DNA of 64,000 nt from an uncultured delta proteobacterium (lineage in GTDB: Bacteria > Desulfobacterota > Desulfomonilia > Desulfomonilales > Desulfomonilaceae), in contig CAWBKB010000001.1 in assembly GCA_963789265.1 (NCBI GenBank), positions 1,600,001 to 1,664,000 of the forward strand, read 5' to 3'. This document shows positions 30,557-40,513 of this stretch, piece after piece. Position 1 is the stretch's first letter. The number at the start of each line of letters is the position of its first letter. The position numbers and the translations under genes are program-made. The notes under the pieces were generated by a model that was not told the DNA's origin, searched no databases, and was given only the letters and a program-made list of their open reading frames with translations.

Positions 30557-31631
30557 TTACTCTTTTATAATACGGAATCCTACCGTGCGATAGTAACCTC
30601 GGGGAGATGCCTTGTGGCGGTTCCGAATCCTCTTTGAGGCTTGTACAGAGGCCCACGAGCCTCCTCTTATGTTCTTTTCCTCGCCCAATGCAGGCCCCAC
30701 GGGGTTGCTCGAGGGGCTCTCGTGGTAGTAGTCATGCGAATACCAGTCCAGGCACCATTGCCATACGCTACCTGTTATCCCGGTCACTCCTTTGGCCCCG
30801 TGCACGGCCATGGTCACAGGGACGCTGCATTCCTTCGACAGGATGGCCATAGAGTTACCGGCAGTGTCGGGAGTGCAGAGCAGAGCGGCCTTTTCCCATT
30901 CCGCGGAAGTAGGAAGGCGACCTCCCGCCCACTCGGCATACTCGGCAGCCCCGTACCAGGACACACAAACCATGGGCTTGTCCGCACAGCCTTCTTTGGG
31001 CGTGAAAACTTTGCCGATCTTAACTATAGGACAATCGGGGCTGGTCAGCTTGATCCTTGGGAATCCATCCTTGGAATTCTCTCCCCGCGCGTTGAGAAAA
31101 TCGCAGTATTGCTTTGCTGTGACCTCGTACTTGGCAATGTAGAAATCCTCTATGAAGACCTTGTGAGCCGGACGTTCGTCGGGCCTTCCTTCGCCTTCGG
31201 GGCTCCCCATGTCAAAAGGGCCGGCAGGGATGAGAACCATACCTCTGTACTTTCCAACACCCTCAACTAGATTATTCGCGTCAACCGACGGCGTAGGAGC
31301 GCTGGGTTTGGGAACCGGCTTCAGCTTGGGAGGGAGAGGAACAGATGGACCGCCGGGACAACCGGGCAGCAAGGGGCAGTTGGATATGTTCGGCTCAGAT
31401 TGATCAGCAGACCGGCTCACCAGGCAGAAAGGCGACGAATTCTCGTTCAAGCGGCTCGAATTGTCGCCTGCGGCCCGGCCACCGGTCCAAAGAGGCAGTA
31501 CCGACCGCGATACCCAAACACAGCGCCCAGGTCTTCAGATTCCATTCGGGCGCCGCCAGGTCCACGCAGGCAACTCCATCATTGAGTTGTGGAACCTCAA
31601 ATCGACTTTCGGGGTGGCTCAAATTCCTCAC
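30557..31631 (-). CDS. Formylglycine-generating enzyme family (SUMF1) protein; +1 frameshift near 31501 separates the signal peptide
   Basis: MVLIPAGPFDMGS, YEVT, VSWY.A..YAEWAGGRLPTSAEWEKAA, RGGSW, GFR. Confidence 0.82.
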
Positions 31632-31745
31632 CGGCTCTCTAAGAAGTCCTTTCTATAATGCGAGTCATGAGGGAGCCGCGTCAAGGGCCATTTGTAGTTG
31701 AATCTGTCAGGCGGGGAATCGGACCGAGAAGTAATGCCGAATTGG

Positions 31746-32009
31746 TCAATCCTCGCGCCATCTCCATTCATTCGGGGTGGTGAGTTCAACCTGAATGATC
31801 TCTTCCCAGGAAATGTCGTGCTTTTTAAAGATTTTCTCCAGAACATCTCTGCTCGGAGAGTCCCACCAGCAAAATCGCCTGCCGGACTCCAAGTTGAACC
31901 ACGTCTTCACCCACAGTCCGCTCCGTTCCCGTGCCAGCTCAATCCACTTGGATTCGAGTTTGTCTTTGGGGACGTCAGGCTCACGATGTGTGGACAAATA
32001 GTGAGGCAT
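31746..32009 (-). CDS. DUF4242 (SCO4226-like putative nickel-binding) protein
   Basis: MPHYLSTH, WVKTW, FCWWDSPS..L...F..H; GGAG RBS. Confidence 0.7.
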   Translation of the reverse strand: MPHYLSTHREPDVPKDKLESKWIELARERSGLWVKTWFNLESGRRFCWWDSPSRDVLEKIFKKHDISWEEIIQVELTTPNEWRWRED

Positions 32010-32051
32010 CTTTCTACTCCATTCCTTCGGAGGCCCACTCCGAGAAAATCG

Positions 32052-32594
32052 TTACGGCTCAAAACGATCGCCTTCTTCTGCTTTGACCTTTCTGAAAAAT
32101 TCACACATCGCACAGTCCCTCATCTTTTCTGCAAAGGACTCTTGAGGTTTGTTCTCACAAAAAGTTCCAAGTATTTTCCAACAGTACCTGCCGGCGTGAA
32201 GGCCCCTGTTTTTGCCCCAGTGGCGCCCTTCCAATGCTGCCGGGCAAACTTTCTTGTCTCCTGTGGCCCAGCCTCCCGGGGCTCGGCCGCAATTAGTTGC
32301 TTCCCAGCAATTTAGCATACGCTTGCCGGATTCCAGCGCCCACATCCGCCATTGTGATGCGGAAGTGACATCCACTTCCAATATTTCGGACCATTTGATC
32401 CCAAGCTCTCGAAATATTGCTTCGATCACCTCAGCGTGTGAAGCATCCCATTCGCAATACCGGCGGCCGAGCTCCAGGTTGTACAGCGTCATTTGCCAAT
32501 CGGCCCGGGGATCTTGTGAAATCTCTGTCCATCTCGATTCCAGGAGCACTCTGTCCAGGTTGGTTTCGTTGTGTATGGTGAGATATTTGGGCAT
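32052..32594 (-). CDS. DUF4242-like domain fused to a Cys-rich two-CW domain
   Basis: N-half paralogous to 31746-32009; C-half NCWEATNC..CPA..GRYCW..GTFC..CAMCEFF; AGGAG RBS. Confidence 0.72.
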   Translation of the reverse strand: MPKYLTIHNETNLDRVLLESRWTEISQDPRADWQMTLYNLELGRRYCEWDASHAEVIEAIFRELGIKWSEILEVDVTSASQWRMWALESGKRMLNCWEATNCGRAPGGWATGDKKVCPAALEGRHWGKNRGLHAGRYCWKILGTFCENKPQESFAEKMRDCAMCEFFRKVKAEEGDRFEP

Positions 32595-32817
32595 GGCGGT
32601 CTCCTCTCTTCGGAGTTTAATGATGATGTTGTTGCGGGAAAGATCTATCCTTGGAGATGAAGTCCACTCAAGGGTTGCAGGTTTGCTCCGGCTTGGTAAA
32701 CTGCCACACTATTCAGCATAACCGCCCCTGTGATTCGTTGCAAGGGTTTTTGATGAAATTGCTCAAGATGTCAACGGATCATAGCCGGTGGCTGATTAAG
32801 GAGCTTCGTTAAGCCAA

Positions 32818-35151
32818 ATGACTGATTCACGCACAGGAGCAGCCCGGGTCAGGCAGGTCCTTCAAGAATTCATGCCTCGCGTGGTGCGGGAACTTCTTGA
32901 GACCGAGGTCCATCTCGGTACAGATCGACTGTATAGACATGCAGTCGGTTTAGTGGTTGAAACGCTCCTCCCACAGACTCGGCCAGGCAAGAATCCACGG
33001 TTCGCCGCGAGTCCCACCGGGGTACTAGCCGTACTAGAAGAAATTTCCAAAAGAATTGGGACGTTGGACCCGGAAGAAATAGGCGCGGCTTATGAACATC
33101 TGAGCGGCTTCAAAATCGAAACAACAGCCGCTAATTCGTCCCGGCTGGTGCCGAGTGTCCGGAATAGGAGGAACCAGGGGCTTTTTTATACGCCTAAAGC
33201 GATAGTCAGGTACATTGTGGATCAGACGATAGACGCACTGGGCATCAAGGAACCGTCTCATTTTCTCGACCTGAAGATTCTGGATCCGGCGGTGGGTACC
33301 GGCGTATTCCTGGCTGAAGTTCTGGACCAACTCACAGTGCGCATCCTTGCGGCGATGGACAGCGGAGACAAGCTTCTTGACTATAGGGTCAAAGACATAA
33401 GTAAACGATTGCGCGCGAAAGCGAAGGAGCACGGCATCGGGATTGTGCACGACGAGGAGGCGGCGATCAAAATTCACATTGTCAGCGAATGTCTGTACGG
33501 CGTGGATCTTGATCCAATTGCTGTAAGCATTGCCCAAGCGGTTCTGTTGACGCGAGCATTCGGACGGAAACATGTCATGCTCGGAATCGAGCCGCGTGTC
33601 CGAGTGGGAAACGCCCTCATAGGAGAGGTGACCGGTTGTCTACCTTTTTCCTCAAAGGATGCCTGGGAACAGAGCCATGCTGCGGCCTATTACGGGAATG
33701 AGCAGGTCGGTAGCGAGCGTGCACGTGCATGGTCCGAAGAGAAGAGAGTATTTCACTGGTTCGTTGAATTCCCGGAGGTTTTCGATGAGCCACGGGGTGG
33801 TTTCCACGCAGTGGTTGGCAATCCGCCGTACGAGATTCTGTCGGCAAGAGAGTCCGGCTTAGACGAAAGACGCAAAGACCAAGCTTATATCAGGAAAACG
33901 TTTCGCACATGCCAAGGAAAAATCAACACCTACCGTCTCATGCTCGAGCGCGGTCTAACGCTTCTCAGAAAAAAAGGGGCTTTGGGCTTCATTATCCCTG
34001 CAACTCTGCTGGCAGACTCTACCGCAGACAAACTCAGGCGCATGATCGTGGACAATACCACTGTGCTCAGAACCGTGATTGTCCCTGAGAGAGCGCGAGC
34101 CTTCGGAGGAGTCACGCAGGCACTCCTCATCCTCGTCACCCGTAACGGTGGCGGGACTCGCTGGATTGAGCCCATTTTCTGGGAGGGGAGGGGGCCGATT
34201 CCAACGAGGGGCCGAATAGAGGTCACAAGGGACCTGATCGAGCAAACAGGATTCAGGATTCCATCCATAAAGAGTCATGAAGAGTTGTCGTTCCTCAAGG
34301 CACTATTACGACACCCCCCGTTTGGAGGAAACATGGACGTTCCTCCTGTGGGGCGAGTGCATCAGGGCGAAATCAACCTCACTATCCATCGCGAATTTAT
34401 AACCGCCGCCCGGACAGAGCATCCGTTAATACGAGGAGAACACATCGTGCCGTTACGCGTGAATCATCCATGCCCCGGCGGCCGCAGACTCGATTGGGTC
34501 TCCCCTGATTTTCTCGAGTGGTACGCAGGTCGAAAGAGGTCTTCCGAGGGCGGCCAGTCCTCAAGCATGACGATACGATCTTGCCGATTCAGAGGGACCC
34601 CATGGGAGCAAGACCGGATCGCAATCGGCCGTGTCGTAAATATGGACACGGATCGACGGCTCAAGGCTGCCATTGCACCTGCCGGCGTGTTTCTTGGAGA
34701 CATGACGAATTTTATTTCAGAGATGTCCGTGCCTATTCGCTATTTGCTGGGCCTCCTCAATTCGAGGGTTTTGAACCGGCGCATTAAGCTTACAAGCACC
34801 AATAACTATCTGTCAGCAGCGGAAATCGAGGCATTGCCGATACCGCGAGTTCCTGGCGAGGTTTCTTCGGCTATCGCAAAATACTCTGAAGAAAAGTTCA
34901 CGCAGTTGCTGATCGATCCGGCTGATTCCATACCGGATTGGCTGGTAAGACTGGAGCGACTGTCCGATCCACCGGGAGCGAATGAAGGCTGTCTCTATGT
35001 TTCCAGAATGATCGAATTAGTTGTGCAGGCCATAGAAGCACTTGCCTCGAATCCGGCCGAGGGACAAGATCAAACGGGGTCATTATGGCACCTGCTCGAC
35101 GCCTTGGTCCTGAGACTTTACGGGGTTGAATCTCACGTCGAGATTATGTGA
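32818..35151 (+). CDS. N6-adenine DNA methyltransferase (TaqI/Eco57I-like)
   Basis: GLFYTP, ILDPAVGTGVFL, LYGVDLD, FHWFVEFPEVF, VVGNPPY, YLLGLLNS. Confidence 0.9.
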   Translation: MTDSRTGAARVRQVLQEFMPRVVRELLETEVHLGTDRLYRHAVGLVVETLLPQTRPGKNPRFAASPTGVLAVLEEISKRIGTLDPEEIGAAYEHLSGFKIETTAANSSRLVPSVRNRRNQGLFYTPKAIVRYIVDQTIDALGIKEPSHFLDLKILDPAVGTGVFLAEVLDQLTVRILAAMDSGDKLLDYRVKDISKRLRAKAKEHGIGIVHDEEAAIKIHIVSECLYGVDLDPIAVSIAQAVLLTRAFGRKHVMLGIEPRVRVGNALIGEVTGCLPFSSKDAWEQSHAAAYYGNEQVGSERARAWSEEKRVFHWFVEFPEVFDEPRGGFHAVVGNPPYEILSARESGLDERRKDQAYIRKTFRTCQGKINTYRLMLERGLTLLRKKGALGFIIPATLLADSTADKLRRMIVDNTTVLRTVIVPERARAFGGVTQALLILVTRNGGGTRWIEPIFWEGRGPIPTRGRIEVTRDLIEQTGFRIPSIKSHEELSFLKALLRHPPFGGNMDVPPVGRVHQGEINLTIHREFITAARTEHPLIRGEHIVPLRVNHPCPGGRRLDWVSPDFLEWYAGRKRSSEGGQSSSMTIRSCRFRGTPWEQDRIAIGRVVNMDTDRRLKAAIAPAGVFLGDMTNFISEMSVPIRYLLGLLNSRVLNRRIKLTSTNNYLSAAEIEALPIPRVPGEVSSAIAKYSEEKFTQLLIDPADSIPDWLVRLERLSDPPGANEGCLYVSRMIELVVQAIEALASNPAEGQDQTGSLWHLLDALVLRLYGVESHVEIM

Positions 35152-35225
35152 ACTGCTGAGCCGAACACCAATTCGTTTTCAAACAAGTGACACCGAGTTT
35201 CTGTAAGGACAGTCCCGCACACGCA

Positions 35226-35412
35226 CATTCGCGTTAAGTTAAGGCAATTTCGTTCCTTTTCGGGAGGTCCATGCAGGCCGAGGGCGATCAAAGTCCCCCT
35301 TTTCTAAAGGGGGATTGAGGGGGATTTTCAAGTAGTTATCCTAAAATCCCCCCTGGCCCCCTTTACGAAAGGGGGGAACCCCGCGTCTCGCAGGGTTAAA
35401 TTAACACCTATG
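35226..35412. repeat. About 185-bp MITE; second copy (inverted) split by IS1595 at 41746-41849 and 44727-44808
   Basis: Colinear match including gcgttaa(g/c)ttaaggcaatttcgttcctttt, ccccc/ggggg hairpins and ttaac(a/g)cctatg ends. Confidence 0.85.
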
Positions 35413-35671
35413 CGCCCAGCGGGATTGCCGGTCGTTGTGACCGCGTACGCGGGCATCCAGTAGGACCGGCCTCTGTGCCGGTTGTTCGCGAATCGCCGGC
35501 AGGGACGCCGGCGCTACCCGGGTCGGCGTCCGGGGTGACCCCGCGGAACGCTCCACCATATCCTGTCTTGGATTGTTACTTGTTTGACGGCGCATTGGAA
35601 TCGGCCCTCAGGGGAATTGGCAGTTCATTGCTATCCGCGACAATTTTTTTGAAGTTCCGCTGTCTTTAGTC

Positions 35672-35700
35672 TTGCATTCTGTAACAATTATGAACAAAAT
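35672..35700 (+). promoter_or_regulatory. Putative sigma70 promoter of rpsB-tsf
   Basis: TTGCAT-N17-CAAAAT immediately upstream of the leader. Confidence 0.5.
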
Positions 35701-35711
35701 AAGCGGTTAAC

Positions 35712-35790
35712 TCACACATCCCGTCTAGTCGGGTCGTCCCCGAAAGGGTGACGTCACCAGGGATGGAGGATAAACCCGAAAAGGAGACGT
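35712..35790 (+). promoter_or_regulatory. rpsB (S2) 5' leader, t44-like autoregulatory RNA
   Basis: cacacatccc...gggatggaggataaaccc pairing directly upstream of rpsB. Confidence 0.7.
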
Positions 35791-35793
35791 CAA

Positions 35794-36693
35794 TTGTCGC
35801 TCATCACCATGAAGCAATTGCTGGAAGCGGGGGTGCACTTCGGCCATCAGACGCGGCGCTGGAACCCCAAAATGAAACCCTACATTTTTGGAGCGCGCAA
35901 CGGAATCTATATCATAGATCTACAGAAAACCGTCAGGCTCTTCAAAAGAGCCTACACATTTGTGCAGGACACTGTGGCAGCAGGCGGAGGAGTTCTCTTT
36001 GTGGGGACCAAGAAACAAGCTCAAGACGCGGTCTATGAAGAAGCGGCCCGCTGCGACCAGTATTACGTCAACCAACGGTGGCTTGGCGGCATGCTCACAA
36101 ATTTCAGCACGATAAAACAGAGCATCGAAAGGCTCAATCAGATCGGTGCCATACTCGATAAACCGGAAGAAACCAATTTCACGAAGAAGGAACTGGTCAA
36201 CCTGAGCCGTCAGTACGACAAGCTCAACAAGAACCTGTCCGGAATCAGAGACATGAAAAAACCCCCCTCAACCCTCTTCATCGTGGACCCCAAGAAAGAG
36301 AATATAGCGGTTAAGGAAGCCAAGAAACTGGGCATACCCATTGTGGCCATAGTCGACTCCAATTGCGATCCCGACGAAATCGATTACGTGATCCCGGGTA
36401 ATGATGACGCCATCCGGGCCATTCGGTTGTTCGCAGCGAAGATAGCCGACGCCTGTCTCGAAGGAAAATCCATGTTCGAAGCCTCGCTCAAAGAAGATCT
36501 GGGAGAAGCCGAAGTTGCAGCCTGGAAGAAAGCCGAGCCGGGAGAGGGAGTTGAAGAAGAGATCGCGGCGGGTGAGCCCACTGAAGACCACGCGGTCGAA
36601 ACTGCCGGTACGGCTCCTCAGGAACAAAGTGCGGAGAGCGGAGAGTCAGTGGAGGAAGGTTCGGAACAAGATCGCGCCGAACTTCCGGCATAA
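35794..36693 (+). CDS. rpsB: 30S ribosomal protein S2
   Basis: [39 protein letters not shown]; acidic C-terminal tail. Confidence 0.99.
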   Translation: MSLITMKQLLEAGVHFGHQTRRWNPKMKPYIFGARNGIYIIDLQKTVRLFKRAYTFVQDTVAAGGGVLFVGTKKQAQDAVYEEAARCDQYYVNQRWLGGMLTNFSTIKQSIERLNQIGAILDKPEETNFTKKELVNLSRQYDKLNKNLSGIRDMKKPPSTLFIVDPKKENIAVKEAKKLGIPIVAIVDSNCDPDEIDYVIPGNDDAIRAIRLFAAKIADACLEGKSMFEASLKEDLGEAEVAAWKKAEPGEGVEEEIAAGEPTEDHAVETAGTAPQEQSAESGESVEEGSEQDRAELPA

Positions 36694-36845
36694 GAATGCC
36701 CGTGGTGTTGTTCCCGGCTCTTAGGTCGGTACAATGCTGCCGACATCTCGCCCCACGGAAGTTCAAATCTAACGTGACACCCACACCCACCCTGGTGGGG
36801 ACAAGTTTCAGCATGAATCAGTGAATGGATCGAGGAGATAACCTT

Positions 36846-37439
36846 ATGGAAATAAGCGCGAAAATGGTGAAAGATCTCAGAGAGAAGACCGGCCTTGGCA
36901 TGATGGACTGTAAGAAAGCCCTGGTAGAATCACAGGGAGACCCGGACAAGGCAGTAGAATATCTCCGCAAGAAGGGGACCTTGAAGGCTGCCACGAGAGA
37001 AGGCCGTGCCACTTCCGAGGGGCGTATAGGCTCTTACATTCACATGAATGGAAAAATCGGCGTGCTTGTGGAGCTGAATTGCGAGAGTGACTTCGTGGCG
37101 AAGACAGACCAATTCGGCGAGTTGGTGAAAGATTTGTGCATGCATGTGGCGGCCAGCGCTCCGCGCTGGATTTCGTCCGACGACGTCCCGGAAGAAGTGA
37201 TCGCGAAAGAGAAGGAAATCTATATGAGCCAGGCCAAAGAAGCCGGCAAGCCGGACAAGATGATCGAGAAAATCGCGGACGGAAAGCTGAAGAAATTCTA
37301 TTCAGAGGTTTGTTTGCTGGAACAGAGTTTCGTCAAGGACACCGACAAGTCCGTGGCAGACCTGATTAAGGAAAAGGTTGCGCAACTGGGAGAAAACATC
37401 ACTGTCGGCCGTTTCTGCCGTTTTGAGTTAGGCCGGTAA
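36846..37439 (+). CDS. tsf: Elongation factor Ts (short form)
   Basis: VKDLREKTGLGMMDCKKAL, ELNCESDFVA. Confidence 0.99.
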   Translation: MEISAKMVKDLREKTGLGMMDCKKALVESQGDPDKAVEYLRKKGTLKAATREGRATSEGRIGSYIHMNGKIGVLVELNCESDFVAKTDQFGELVKDLCMHVAASAPRWISSDDVPEEVIAKEKEIYMSQAKEAGKPDKMIEKIADGKLKKFYSEVCLLEQSFVKDTDKSVADLIKEKVAQLGENITVGRFCRFELGR

Positions 37440-37443
37440 TTGC

Positions 37444-38160
37444 ATGGGGGCCTCAAAAGCATACGGCCGAGCGTTGCTAAAGATATCGGGCGAAGCTCTC
37501 GGTGGCGAGCGCGGCCACGGTCTTGATTCTACGAAGGTATCCTGGATCGCGGTTCAGATTGCTCAAGCCCGTCAGCACGGACACGAACTGGGAGTGGTAG
37601 TCGGGGGCGGAAATTTTCTCCGGGGTTCCGATGCCGCTTCTATAGGGGTTCCGTCACTGGTAGGCGATCAAATGGGAATGGTCGCAACATGCCTGAACGC
37701 TATTGCACTTCGCTGGGCGCTTGAGACCACAGGCGTACGCTCCAGGACCATGTCAGCCTTCCCGGTGGGATCCTTCATTGAACCCTTTCAGCAAGAGCGG
37801 GCCACCGAATATATTCAGCGTGGAGAGGTTGTGATTTTTGCCGGCGGCACCGGCAACCCGTGCTTTACGACCGATTCGGCCGCGGCCCTCCGGGCCGTGG
37901 AAATAGACGCCAAAGTGTTGATCAAGGCGACGCAGGTTCGAGGGGTTTTCGACAAGGACCCCAAGAAGCATCCTGATGCAGCCTTTCTTGAATCCATAAC
38001 TCCTCAGGAGGTTCTGGACAGAAGGTTATCGGTAATCGATGCAGCCTGCATTGAAATCCTGGCCAGGAGAGGCATTCCTGCAATCGTCCTGAACTTGCAT
38101 GAGGAAGGGAACATACTTAAGGCCCTCTCCGGCGAAAAAGTCGGAACCATCATAGTCTGA
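37444..38160 (+). CDS. pyrH: UMP kinase
   Basis: LLKISGEAL, VGGGNFLRG, GTGNPCFTTDSAAALRA. Confidence 0.98.
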   Translation: MGASKAYGRALLKISGEALGGERGHGLDSTKVSWIAVQIAQARQHGHELGVVVGGGNFLRGSDAASIGVPSLVGDQMGMVATCLNAIALRWALETTGVRSRTMSAFPVGSFIEPFQQERATEYIQRGEVVIFAGGTGNPCFTTDSAAALRAVEIDAKVLIKATQVRGVFDKDPKKHPDAAFLESITPQEVLDRRLSVIDAACIEILARRGIPAIVLNLHEEGNILKALSGEKVGTIIV

Positions 38161-38285
38161 GATGAAAGACGCAGGGATTCAGATCATTTCGCTTTCATAC
38201 ACTAATGTGGCCGGCACAGAGGCCCGCCTGTGCGACCTGGTAGCGCCGCGTCCAGGCCGGCCAATATGGCTTGCGAGAGGAAACC

Positions 38286-38843
38286 ATGATCGACGATCTG
38301 CACTCTGAAACCAAAGCCGCCATGGAAAAGTCGATAGAGGCCCTTCAGAGGGATCTCAGGCGGATTCGTACAGGACGGGCATCACTGGCCCTGCTGGACG
38401 GCATTATGGTGAATTACTACGGAAGCCCCACTCCGATAGATCAATTAGCCACCTTGTCCATCCCCGAGGCACGACAGATAGTGATACAGCCGTGGGATTC
38501 TAATGCCGTTCCCGACATCGAGAAAGCCATCCTTAAATCCGAACTCGGCCTGACGCCCATGAACGACGGCAAGGTTGTTCGCATTGTGTTGCCCCCTCTC
38601 ACTGCGGAGAGACGCAAGGGTTTGGTCAAGATCGTCAAGAAAATGGGAGAGGAATTCAAGGTACAGGTTCGCAATCATCGACGTGACGCTAACGAAATGC
38701 TCAAAGAGATGAAGAAGGGGAAAGATATTTCGGAGGACGATCTCCACAAAGCCCAGGAACGCGTGCAGAAGACCACGGACGACGCCATAGCAAAGCTTGA
38801 TGTTATAGTATCGGAAAAAGAAAGCGAGATCATGGAGATTTAG
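38286..38843 (+). CDS. frr: Ribosome recycling factor
   Basis: IRTGRAS, LGLTPMNDG, RNHRRDAN. Confidence 0.98.
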   Translation: MIDDLHSETKAAMEKSIEALQRDLRRIRTGRASLALLDGIMVNYYGSPTPIDQLATLSIPEARQIVIQPWDSNAVPDIEKAILKSELGLTPMNDGKVVRIVLPPLTAERRKGLVKIVKKMGEEFKVQVRNHRRDANEMLKEMKKGKDISEDDLHKAQERVQKTTDDAIAKLDVIVSEKESEIMEI

Positions 38844-38873
38844 CCCATTTGGCCCTAGCCCCTTGCACCGGTT

Positions 38874-39701
38874 TTGGCCGCAACCGAAAATCTTCATCCG
38901 GCGCATCCGACGGATCCGAGCTTGCGTTCTTCTCAGGAGAACTTCTTGACCCCACCTGTAGATCCAGTCTCCAACTTTCCCCGCCACGTTGCAATTGTCA
39001 TGGACGGCAACGGCAGATGGGCCCGACGCCGTTTGTTGCCGCGCCTGGAAGGTCACCGGCAGGGGGCCAAGTCTGTCAGGCGAGTGGTCGAATTCTGTCG
39101 GCGGAACGGTATACAGTATCTCACGCTCTATGCGTTCTCTACTGAGAACTGGCAGCGGCCCAGGACCGAGGTCTCCGGCCTAATGAGGCTCCTTTCACAG
39201 TTCGTGGATTCCGAACTGGAAGAAATCCTCGCCAACGATATTCAATTTAAGACCATAGGCCAACTGAACCGCCTCCCCGCTTCCTTGGTCGCGAAAATCG
39301 AAGCGGCCAAGACAAAGACAATCAACAATAAGTCCATGGTTCTCACCATAGCGCTTTCTTACGGCGGCAGGCAGGATATACTGAACGCGGCCCTCAAGGT
39401 CGCACGTGCGATTCGGTCCGGAAGCCTGCAGGAAGCAGACGTAACCGAGCAGGAATTCGCACGACATCTGGATACGGCAAATATCCCCGATCCGGATCTC
39501 CTCATAAGGACCGGAGGCGAGGTCCGCATTAGTAACTTTCTCCTGTGGCAAGCGGCTTACGCGGAATTATACTTTACACCTGTGCTTTGGCCGGATTTTG
39601 ACGATCAAGCTTTCATGCAAGCCGTAGATGCCTTCCGATCGAGGCAACGGAGATTCGGGATGATCTCCGAACAAATCGAGACGGCCCAAGAGGTCTCCTG
39701 A
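38874..39701 (+). CDS. uppS: Undecaprenyl diphosphate synthase
   Basis: HVAIVMDGNGRWA, YAFSTENW, DLLIRTGGEVRISNFLLWQ. Confidence 0.97.
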   Translation: MAATENLHPAHPTDPSLRSSQENFLTPPVDPVSNFPRHVAIVMDGNGRWARRRLLPRLEGHRQGAKSVRRVVEFCRRNGIQYLTLYAFSTENWQRPRTEVSGLMRLLSQFVDSELEEILANDIQFKTIGQLNRLPASLVAKIEAAKTKTINNKSMVLTIALSYGGRQDILNAALKVARAIRSGSLQEADVTEQEFARHLDTANIPDPDLLIRTGGEVRISNFLLWQAAYAELYFTPVLWPDFDDQAFMQAVDAFRSRQRRFGMISEQIETAQEVS

Positions 39702-40513
39702 TGCTGCTGACGCGCATCGTAACGGCCGCAGTGGCAATTGCTGTTCTTGTGCCTGTTCTGATATGGGGTAGGGTGGAAGGCGTTGCCGTGCTCGTCGCTT
39801 TGTTTTCCGGCGTCGCAGTGTGGGAGCTTGCGCGTAACTTTCCCGGCATAAAGGGATTCCCGCGGCAACAACTGACCTTGGTGCTGGGGCTTGCGATTGT
39901 GGCGGCCTTCTACTTTTTGCCTTACAAAGGAGTGCCCGCGGTCCTCGCCTGGTTCCCGCTCGTTGTGATCGTGCTGCACTTGCTCTTATACAATGTGATT
40001 GAAAATACCGTGGAGTCCACAGGCCAGATGATTTTCGCTCCGGCGTATGCCGCGATTCCTCTGGGTCATGCCATTCTCTTGGCTCGTTTGGAGACGGGCA
40101 TCTCGTGGGTATTCTTCGTTCTCGTGGTAATTTGTCTCGGGGATGCAGGAGCATATTTCACGGGCAAGCATTTGGGAAAACACCGTTTCTCGGCCAAGGT
40201 GAGCCCCTCCAAGACCATCGAGGGACTCGTAGGCGGCGTTGCGGGAAACTTCGTCGGCATGCTCTTGATGAAGCTTATTAATCCCGACTTACAGTCCTTT
40301 CGGGTCCTGATCGAATTAACCGTGCTGTTGGCTATTGCCGGCCCCCTCGGAGACCTCTGCGCTTCCGCAATCAAGAGGCGGCTGGCTATCAAGGATTTCG
40401 GGGCACTGCTGCCGGGACACGGCGGGGTGATGGACCGGGCGGACAGCCTCATTTTTGCGTTTCCCACGGCTTTTTACTTTCTCATTCTTTCCGGTCTTGC
40501 AATACTCCGATGA
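39701..40513 (+). CDS. cdsA: Phosphatidate cytidylyltransferase
   Basis: SPSKTIEG, GDLCASAIKR..IKDFG.LLPGHGGVMDRAD. Confidence 0.96.
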   Translation: MLLTRIVTAAVAIAVLVPVLIWGRVEGVAVLVALFSGVAVWELARNFPGIKGFPRQQLTLVLGLAIVAAFYFLPYKGVPAVLAWFPLVVIVLHLLLYNVIENTVESTGQMIFAPAYAAIPLGHAILLARLETGISWVFFVLVVICLGDAGAYFTGKHLGKHRFSAKVSPSKTIEGLVGGVAGNFVGMLLMKLINPDLQSFRVLIELTVLLAIAGPLGDLCASAIKRRLAIKDFGALLPGHGGVMDRADSLIFAFPTAFYFLILSGLAILR

